Notes under the pieces: generated by a model
The model's input: only the letters and a program-made list of their open reading frames with translations
Told to the model about the DNA's origin: nothing
Database searches by the model: none
Shown: one piece after another, positions 1-7,347 of the stretch
Layout: each line of letters starts with the position of its first letter
Position numbering within the stretch: position 1 is the stretch's first letter
Made by a program: the position numbers and the translations under genes
Origin: a virus
Taxonomy: Duplodnaviria; Caudoviricetes
Strand: one strand, 5' to 3'
IMG/VR virus record: IMGVR_UViG_3300031963_000179
Span: 1-56,801 of that record
Length of the DNA: 56,801 nt

Positions 1-1302
1 ATCTTTACTAGTTAATAAATCAAGTAAAAACTTTTGATGTTCCATTATTCTAGTAAGTACATTAATATTATTAAAATCAATAGTTTGCAAAGCTTGATTT
101 TCCATATCAGCAATTTGTTCTAAATATGGATCAGTTTCTTCTGCTTTTTTTCTGATATAATCTTCTAAACTTGTCATCTTGTTGGCATGTTCAAATGCTT
201 GTTGTTCTGTGTCATAAAAACATTTAGGCATCACACCTATCTCACCTAAATCAGTAATTTGTTTACTAAGTGTTTCTATTTCACCTGATGTTGTCAGAAC
301 TTGCAAAGCTGTTTCTTGCAATGTTTTTTCTTTGCTAGCTAATACCTCTTCATGCTTAGTGTCGTGCATTTGCTGACCACAAGCATAACATTCGTGCTTT
401 CTAAGTGTTTCAACCTCTAACTTTAGTTTTTCTAATTGTTTATTTTCTTTAGCTAAGGTCAGTTCAGCACTAGTTAACCACTTTTGCAATTCTGTTTTTT
501 CTTTAACTTTTACATTATATGTTGCTAAGTCTTTGTGTGCCTGTAATTCAGCAGCAATATCTACGTTGTGTAGTTCTAACCATTGGTTCATGAGAGATTC
601 TGTATCTGCCTCATGTTTTTGTTTCCAAAGCGTTTGTCTACGTTTAAGTGCGTCAATCTGTTCTTTTACTCTTTTGTTAGCCTCTTCAATTGCTTTTATT
701 TTAAATTCTTCTTGCTGAATGTTATCTTTGGAATCTTTAATTAACTGTTTTATTGATTCTGCTTTTTCACTTAACAAAGTGATACCAAGTAACTGCTCAA
801 TAATGTTACGTTGATCATTTGCCTTCATTGCAAGAAAAGGTTCACTATATGTGTTTAAGGCAACAATGTGCTTAAACATATCTAGGCTCATGTGAATTAC
901 TTTTTCAATCGCTATTTGTGTTTCTTTATTCTCACCTTGTGCGTCATCTTTTGATATTTGTTCGTTGTTTGTATAAAAACGTAGTAGATTTGGTTTTCTG
1001 CCGCGTTCTATTTTATAATCAGTTCCATTGACAGAAAATTCAAGTGTAACTAACATGCCCTTACCATTAGTTCTATTCACTAAATTGTCTTTACGAATGT
1101 TATTGATAGGACTACCAAACAGTGCATAACACAGACCTTGTATTAATGTTGTTTTACCTGTACCGTTACGAGCACCGTCACCACCTAAATCTAAATTCTC
1201 ACCTAATATAAGAGTAAGGTCTGTGCGATCAAAATTAACAGCTTGAGTCACAGCACCTATGCTTAGAAAGTTACGTAATGTTATATTTTTTAATTGAATC
1301 AT
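1..1302 (-). CDS. gp46: gp46/SbcC/Rad50-like recombination ATPase (partial, runs off the left edge)
   Basis: Not in the ORF track; translated by hand from ATG 1302, which overlaps the gp47 stop (ATGA). MIQLKNITLRNFLSIG...GARNGTGKTT is a Walker A motif, followed by coiled coil and a zinc hook CYACG near 375-395. Lies directly downstream of gp47. Confidence 0.92.
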   Translation of the reverse strand, partial: MIQLKNITLRNFLSIGAVTQAVNFDRTDLTLILGENLDLGGDGARNGTGKTTLIQGLCYALFGSPINNIRKDNLVNRTNGKGMLVTLEFSVNGTDYKIERGRKPNLLRFYTNNEQISKDDAQGENKETQIAIEKVIHMSLDMFKHIVALNTYSEPFLAMKANDQRNIIEQLLGITLLSEKAESIKQLIKDSKDNIQQEEFKIKAIEEANKRVKEQIDALKRRQTLWKQKHEADTESLMNQWLELHNVDIAAELQAHKDLATYNVKVKEKTELQKWLTSAELTLAKENKQLEKLKLEVETLRKHECYACGQQMHDTKHEEVLASKEKTLQETALQVLTTSGEIETLSKQITDLGEIGVMPKCFYDTEQQAFEHANKMTSLEDYIRKKAEETDPYLEQIADMENQALQTIDFNNINVLTRIMEHQKFLLDLLTSKD

Positions 1303-2315
1303 ATGTTTCTATAAATCTCCAACAACAATTTTTTATCGTAAAAATCACTTTCTATTGCACCAATTTGATCTAATACAATTTGATCAACTGATTCAAACTT
1401 TAATTCACCTGCATTAACATCATTTGACACTTGATCTAACTTCATAGGTATGAGTGCCATTTCACGTAAACTATGTTTAGGGATTAATGTTTCACGAATA
1501 AAATTTGCTTCTTCGTAACTTATATCTATATCTAAATGGACTCTTATATGAGAATCTTTTAAAAGTAGTCCTTCAGGGTTCTCTAAAATTTCACTTAATT
1601 TATAGACACGATATTTAGGTTGATCTGGCCAACTATGAAACTCCGGCTCACCTCCCCATTCAAGTATCATCATGCCCCGAGCATCATCACCTGCATCAGC
1701 GTAATTATGTGGGAAAGCATTCCCTATATACCAAACATTCTTTTTTGATTGACGTTTGTGAAAATGCCCAGTAAAAACTTTTTCAAATCCTGTCATATGC
1801 GTAGAATTAATTTCACCGTGATCCGGCATTTCTACCATAGCGTTCATGAAAAAGTTAGGCAATTCAAAATGACCAAACAAATATTTACCGCTAAGTTTTT
1901 GTAATCGTTTCCAATCTTCTTGCACTAGCCAAGGAGCGATTACAATATCTTTTGTGATATACCAGTCGTTAATTATTTCAACATTCGGTAAATGTTTAGC
2001 CCACTCAACACTATGAATGTCCCTACGGTCACGATAATAAAGATCGTGATTGCCTGGGATAAAATATACCCTATCAAAGTTATCATTTAATTTCTCCAGT
2101 GCCTTAAGACCATATTGCATGGTATGAATGTTGATACTAGCACGATGATGGTTATAATCTCCCAAGAAGAAACAAGTCTCACACCCTTCAATCTTTGCTT
2201 GAGAGATAAACCAATCTACAAATTTTTCACAGTCTTGGTTATGTTGCAAACTGTTTGATTTTAATCCAAAATGTATATCTGTGAATACTGCTGCCTTCTT
2301 AAATAAATTTGTCAT
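1299..2315 (-). CDS. gp47: gp47/SbcD/Mre11-like recombination nuclease
   Basis: Metallophosphoesterase motifs DIHFG, GD, GNHD, GHFH; adjacent to gp46. Confidence 0.92.
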   Translation of the reverse strand: MTNLFKKAAVFTDIHFGLKSNSLQHNQDCEKFVDWFISQAKIEGCETCFFLGDYNHHRASINIHTMQYGLKALEKLNDNFDRVYFIPGNHDLYYRDRRDIHSVEWAKHLPNVEIINDWYITKDIVIAPWLVQEDWKRLQKLSGKYLFGHFELPNFFMNAMVEMPDHGEINSTHMTGFEKVFTGHFHKRQSKKNVWYIGNAFPHNYADAGDDARGMMILEWGGEPEFHSWPDQPKYRVYKLSEILENPEGLLLKDSHIRVHLDIDISYEEANFIRETLIPKHSLREMALIPMKLDQVSNDVNAGELKFESVDQIVLDQIGAIESDFYDKKLLLEIYRNI

Positions 2316-2321
2316 AGGTTA

Positions 2322-2350
2322 AGTATAGCAATTTATGTAAGTCTTTTCAA
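2322..2350 (-). promoter_or_regulatory. sigma70-type promoter of gp47 (probably leaderless)
   Basis: Minus strand TTGAAA-17 nt-TATACT with extended -10 TG; ATG lies 7 nt after the last base of the -10. Confidence 0.7.
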
Positions 2351-2359
2351 TACATATGG

Positions 2360-3256
2360 TTATTCTTCGTATGTTGAAAAGCCTTCACTATTTTGACGAC
2401 TCCAGCTTGGGTTTAGTCCATTTATTTCTAATATATCGTCACGTATATTTTGATTTCGTTTTTCACTGTTTAATACACGGCAGAAACTATTTGTTATTGC
2501 TGCAGTATAATATGCGAACGGGTTTTGACTTTTGGCTTCGTTAAATCGTAATCCAACATATGTCAACTGTAAAATAGCACTGTTGCGCATTTCATCGTTA
2601 TATGTGTATCCACGCCAGTTAAATTTCATAGCATATTTTTCACATAACATAATGTACATTCTGGCTAGCTTGTCAGTTATATTTCCATGATCTTTATTGA
2701 ATGATCCCGTTTTTAAATCACCACTCCAGTGACTCTTTCCTATACAATGAAAGGTTTTGTTCTCGTCCATGCGAAAATGTTGGAAGGGAGGAAAGTTGAC
2801 ACGAACATGAACCATATCGTCTACTTCATCTTTTGTTGTAGGATCATCCAAATCAACAAAAATATCTTCTATCGTATCTTCAAATTCAAATATGTCTTTT
2901 GCTGATTTTTTCTTTTCTACTTTTCTAGGTTGTTTAGGGGCTACAGGAATATGATCCCAAGTCATTATCCTGAATACTAAATCAGAAGTAGGAATCTTTT
3001 TTGGATTTACTGTTTCACCGGTTTCTATGCTAAGTCTAGTTGCTCTAGTTTCTTTTGCTTCTTTTATAATTTTAGGTTTTGCAGCATACTTAAGGCTTTC
3101 TTCGATACTAGCATGCGGCATATCTACTATAAAATCATATCTATGATCACTAGTTTTGTCTAGATATGTGCAGTATGTGTTCTTGCTTGCATGTATTTCT
3201 TTGAGAATATCTTTGTTGTTTAGGTAATTTACTGGTTTTTTAGGTGTTATTGTCAT
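2360..3256 (-). CDS. gp55: T4 gp55-like late transcription sigma factor with an internal insertion
   Basis: NYLNNKDIL near the N-terminus; NWRGYTYNDEM...NPFAYYT...NSF...EK in the C-terminal core; next to gp47/gp46 as in T4-like phages. Confidence 0.85.
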   Translation of the reverse strand: MTITPKKPVNYLNNKDILKEIHASKNTYCTYLDKTSDHRYDFIVDMPHASIEESLKYAAKPKIIKEAKETRATRLSIETGETVNPKKIPTSDLVFRIMTWDHIPVAPKQPRKVEKKKSAKDIFEFEDTIEDIFVDLDDPTTKDEVDDMVHVRVNFPPFQHFRMDENKTFHCIGKSHWSGDLKTGSFNKDHGNITDKLARMYIMLCEKYAMKFNWRGYTYNDEMRNSAILQLTYVGLRFNEAKSQNPFAYYTAAITNSFCRVLNSEKRNQNIRDDILEINGLNPSWSRQNSEGFSTYEE

Positions 3257-3273
3257 AAGTTAGGTTAATAAGT

Positions 3274-3310
3274 TATCACTATAGTAACATCAAAAGTGAT
3301 AGAAATGCAA
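3274..3310 (-). promoter_or_regulatory. sigma70-type promoter of gp55 with an embedded inverted repeat
   Basis: TTGCAT-18 nt-TACTAT with a TG extension; inverted repeat TATCACT (3274-3280)/AGTGATA (3295-3301). Confidence 0.5.
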
Positions 3311-3352
3311 GTTTTTTTAAGAGAAAAGGTAAAAAACGTCATATTATTTAGC

Positions 3353-3360
3353 GATAAATA
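3353..3360 (+). promoter_or_regulatory. T4-like late promoter GATAAATA
   Basis: Same octamer recurs upstream of structural genes at 10739, 29981 and 30762; resembles T4 TATAAATA. Confidence 0.75.
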
Positions 3361-3381
3361 TGTAAATAACAGGAAACAACT

Positions 3382-4662
3382 ATGGCATTTGTAAATGGAT
3401 TTGACCCAGAAAAAGCACAGGCTTACAATGAATTACGCCAATCCAGCCCCAATTTAAGTCAGGAACAACTATTAAGTCAAGCAGGAATATCCAGTGCTGA
3501 AGCAGGGTATTACCGTCCGTCCCCAATTGGATTTTTAATTCAAAACCCTACTCCAACAAATGTTAATACCACACTTTTTGCACCATCTGGCACATCAGTG
3601 ACCGCTGCAAACTTTCCCGTACCTGCTCCTTTAAGAACAGTCGGTGATGAACCAGTTAATAATGAAAGCAGCGGATATGATTTCCAATCACAAGCACAAC
3701 GAACAGTAACCGACGAACCAGTCAACGAGTTTGAAAGACCACTGAACTTTGAACCAAGTAATCTAGAAGATCCTGCAAGCGGCGTAAATTTAGGTGGTTT
3801 AATCACTACACAAGAACAATCTGTTCAAAGACAACAGGCGCAGTTTTTGGCACAGCAAGATTGGAGATTTAGAATTAGTTTAGCCCCAGGATCTACCTAT
3901 TTATATAATGACCCAGAAGCAAGACAAAGTGCCGATCATATATTAAATCCATTGTTCACAACGCAAGGAGTTATATTTCCCTATGTTCCTCAGGTATCAG
4001 TATCATATAATGCAAACTATGAACCAACAGACTTGGCTCATACTAATTATAGGATATATCAATACAAAAATAGCAATGTAGGAGATATTAATATTACTGG
4101 TGATTTCACTGCACAAGATACACATGAAGCAAACTATTTACTAGCAGTAATACACTTTTTCAAATCAGTAACTAAAATGTTTTATGGTGCTGATAGTAAT
4201 CCTCTTAGAGGTACTCCGCCACCTTTATGTTATCTGTCAGGATTTGGTCAGTATCAATTTAACTATCATCCAGTTGCAATAACTTCATTTAGCTATACTT
4301 TACCTACAGATGTTGATTACATTAAAGCGGGCGTAATAAGCAACACAGGAGGACAAAACATTGAATCACAAACTAATACACCAAAAAATATATTAGGTGG
4401 TTCATCTATCGGAACTTTATTATCATCTTTTTTTAGATTGAAAAATGCAGGCTTAACTCCCGGTGCAAGATCAACCCGACCTGAATTTAATATTGCAGAA
4501 GTTTCAAATCCAACCTACGTACCTACTAAAATTCAAATTCAAATAGGTTGTATTCCTATTATTTCTAGATTTGCTATGGCAAATGCATTTAGTCTTAAAG
4601 AATATGCTACAGGAAGATTATTAGTTGGAACTGGAAAATCAGATATTGGAGGAATTTGGTAA
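3382..4662 (+). CDS. baseplate/tail-tube initiator-like protein (gp48/gp54-like)
   Basis: First gene of the baseplate operon; GVIFPYVP...FTAQ...GTPPPLCYLSGFG tube-like signature; low-complexity N-terminus. Confidence 0.55.
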   Translation: MAFVNGFDPEKAQAYNELRQSSPNLSQEQLLSQAGISSAEAGYYRPSPIGFLIQNPTPTNVNTTLFAPSGTSVTAANFPVPAPLRTVGDEPVNNESSGYDFQSQAQRTVTDEPVNEFERPLNFEPSNLEDPASGVNLGGLITTQEQSVQRQQAQFLAQQDWRFRISLAPGSTYLYNDPEARQSADHILNPLFTTQGVIFPYVPQVSVSYNANYEPTDLAHTNYRIYQYKNSNVGDINITGDFTAQDTHEANYLLAVIHFFKSVTKMFYGADSNPLRGTPPPLCYLSGFGQYQFNYHPVAITSFSYTLPTDVDYIKAGVISNTGGQNIESQTNTPKNILGGSSIGTLLSSFFRLKNAGLTPGARSTRPEFNIAEVSNPTYVPTKIQIQIGCIPIISRFAMANAFSLKEYATGRLLVGTGKSDIGGIW

Positions 4663-4961
4663 TGCTATATCCAACAACTAGTCCTTATTATGCAACAGAC
4701 ATTGTTAACAATCAATTTTTAGACATTATGGTAGATAGACCACTACCAAAAAAAGCAGATGATGTATATTGGGAAATTACACCAACATATAATTTGCGAC
4801 CTGATTTATTAGCTTATGACTTGTACGGAAACCCATCGTTATGGTGGGTGTTTGCACAACGTAATCCAAACAGATTAAAAGACCCTCTTTTCGATTTTAT
4901 CACAGGGGTAGGAATTTACTTACCTCAACAAGAAACACTAACAGCAGCATACGGCATATAA
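4662..4961 (+). CDS. baseplate wedge protein gp53-like (LysM-like)
   Basis: RPDLLAYDLYGNPSLWWVF motif; ATG 4662 overlaps the upstream TAA and is preferred over TTG 4656. Confidence 0.75.
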   Translation: MLYPTTSPYYATDIVNNQFLDIMVDRPLPKKADDVYWEITPTYNLRPDLLAYDLYGNPSLWWVFAQRNPNRLKDPLFDFITGVGIYLPQQETLTAAYGI

Positions 4962-4962
4962 T

Positions 4963-7338
4963 ATGGCAGATCAAAATCAGGCACAAGATGATGGCTTTAT
5001 TCCCGCAGGTGAAACGGTAGGTTCAAGACCTATTGAAGTAACAGGAGAAGAAAATGATGGTTACCTAGTTGCTTTATATGGCGGTAGACCAAAAAATCCT
5101 CTTAACGAATATGCTAGTTTTACTTATAAACTTATTCTGTACATGGTCACTGCTGAAGCATATATTAGATTCATAGAATCTGGTATGACATACATAGGAA
5201 CAAACGAAGGATTTTTTACGGTTGCTGAATCAGGTGGCACTCCTTCTCAAAGCGATGCTCCTAGAATTAATGAAAACGCTGAGTACTTTATTGATGATTT
5301 GACCTTTAAGACTTTTTGTAATACAAAGGCAACTGAATCAGCGACTAATTCAATAAATTTTGAATTTAAAATTTATGAGCCTATGGGCTTCAGTTTTACA
5401 AGTGTTCTTAAACAAAGAGCATTAGAAGCAGCGTTGAACAGCGGATTACCTGGTATACAAGACAATAAAGATTCAATAAAACAATTTTATGTTCTTTCAA
5501 TAAGTTTTTTAGGGTACGATGATGCAGGAAACGCAATTAAAGAAATAATTCCAGGTAGAGAAAGCGGGTTGTATTCAGGTACCGGATCAGGTCAAACAGG
5601 AACGAAGGTAGGTAGTAATGCTAGTTTCTTTCCTCTTTCAATAACTGATTTTTCATTTAGGCTTGATGGAAAAAGCACAGTTTATACTATTAAGGCTACA
5701 CCATTATCTGTGCAAGAAGCATATGGTGTTAAAAGAAATCAAATTCCAGAAGATAGACAAGTATCGGGTACAACAGTGGGTGAAGTTTTGGTTGGTAATG
5801 AAATTGACGCTGACAATCCAAATGCAAGAGGTATTGTTCAAATAATGAATGAGAGAGAACAACAACTTTATAATAATGGTAAAGCCAAATATACCAACTC
5901 ATATCATATTGAAATTGATGATGCAATTAAGTATGCAAAACTTACATCACAGGAACGATATGATAAAGTCAAAGCAGAAATGGGTTCCCCTACCACTAGC
6001 GGTCAAATAAGTGCTAAAGATAGTAGAAAAAACTTAACTTATAATCCTAATACAAGAACATTGGCGATAGCAGGGGGAATGACATTAACTAAATTTATTG
6101 ACAATGTTATTTTACAAAGTGAGTATATAACAAAGGCACTTGATACTGTTTATACAGAGGATGGAATTTTAGAAGATAAGCCTGCAAGTGGAAATAAAGG
6201 ATCAAAAATTTTAGATTGGTATTCAATTAATCCTGTAGTAAAACCTAAAGGTTATGATTCGTTAAGAAATGATTATGTATTTGACATAACTTATTATGTA
6301 GCTCCTTATAAAATACCTTATGTAAAATCAGTTTTTATAGAACCTGAAAGTAGGTCAGATTATTATGGACCATATAAAGTATATAATTATTATTTTACAG
6401 GACAGAATACAGAGGTTTTAAATTTTGAAACAAGTTATAATGCATTATATTTTTTACCCGGAGGATCCGACGATCAGAAAGAAAAACCAAATGACGGATT
6501 AGGCAACACCCCTATTGTTCCTGGAAGTAAAAACATTGGGTCGGAATTAAATGCAAGCAAAGGCGGTATTCCTATTGGTTCTATAAAAACAAATTTGTAC
6601 AGCCCGGGTGATCAAATTAAAGCTAAATTACAAATAATGGGTGATCCTGATTATCTAATGACAAGTATAGGAACTGCTAAAAATGCAAGCACACCTAGAG
6701 AAGCCGCTTACACTGATAATTTACAAATAAATCCTTTAGGAGGGCAAATTTTTATTGAAATAAACTTCTACGAAGGATTAGATTATAACATTAGCACTGG
6801 TTTATTAACCATTAATAAAAATATTACTTTTTATGATAATGGCTCGCAACCTCAAAATGCATTAATGGAACAAGGTAAACAAAATGTTTCAGGTTTAGTT
6901 TATATGGTTTTATCTGTAACTAGTTCATTAACTAAAGGAAGATTTACACAAGATTTGGATCTTGTGTTGTGGACAGATCCAACAGTTCGTAAAACCACAT
7001 CGGTAACTGCAGAAGGCAGAGAAACAACTACAAATCAAGCAGAACAGTTAGGAACTAATACATATGGTTTTGGGAATCAAGAATTCCCAGTCAATTCATC
7101 ATCACAATCACAACAAACCACGCCAGATACATATTGGCAACCAACTGAGCAATCAATAACCAATAGATTGGTGACTGACGATGCGACCCCTGCTGAATCA
7201 ACAGTTGGATCAAATGTTGGGGTTGCCTTTAATCAACAACGAGCATTTAATTCAAGTGTAGTCGATGATGACTCATTACAATCAAGTAATTTAGTAAGTG
7301 ATTTTATACGTGTAAATCAAGAGGGAAGAGCAGTTTAA
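4963..7338 (+). CDS. putative baseplate hub protein (gp27-like)
   Basis: Lies between the gp53-like and gp5-like genes; C-terminal KLQIMGDP...GLVYMVLSV...GRFTQDL resembles hub proteins. Confidence 0.5.
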   Translation: MADQNQAQDDGFIPAGETVGSRPIEVTGEENDGYLVALYGGRPKNPLNEYASFTYKLILYMVTAEAYIRFIESGMTYIGTNEGFFTVAESGGTPSQSDAPRINENAEYFIDDLTFKTFCNTKATESATNSINFEFKIYEPMGFSFTSVLKQRALEAALNSGLPGIQDNKDSIKQFYVLSISFLGYDDAGNAIKEIIPGRESGLYSGTGSGQTGTKVGSNASFFPLSITDFSFRLDGKSTVYTIKATPLSVQEAYGVKRNQIPEDRQVSGTTVGEVLVGNEIDADNPNARGIVQIMNEREQQLYNNGKAKYTNSYHIEIDDAIKYAKLTSQERYDKVKAEMGSPTTSGQISAKDSRKNLTYNPNTRTLAIAGGMTLTKFIDNVILQSEYITKALDTVYTEDGILEDKPASGNKGSKILDWYSINPVVKPKGYDSLRNDYVFDITYYVAPYKIPYVKSVFIEPESRSDYYGPYKVYNYYFTGQNTEVLNFETSYNALYFLPGGSDDQKEKPNDGLGNTPIVPGSKNIGSELNASKGGIPIGSIKTNLYSPGDQIKAKLQIMGDPDYLMTSIGTAKNASTPREAAYTDNLQINPLGGQIFIEINFYEGLDYNISTGLLTINKNITFYDNGSQPQNALMEQGKQNVSGLVYMVLSVTSSLTKGRFTQDLDLVLWTDPTVRKTTSVTAEGRETTTNQAEQLGTNTYGFGNQEFPVNSSSQSQQTTPDTYWQPTEQSITNRLVTDDATPAESTVGSNVGVAFNQQRAFNSSVVDDDSLQSSNLVSDFIRVNQEGRAV

Positions 7339-7347
7339 AGGTACAAA

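Noticed and set aside
533-718. 61-aa plus-strand ORF
   Set aside because: Antisense shadow of the gp46 coiled coil.
3634-3726. Short peptide duplication RTV(G/T)DEPVN
   Set aside because: Only two degenerate copies inside a low-complexity linker; not a CRISPR or regulatory repeat.
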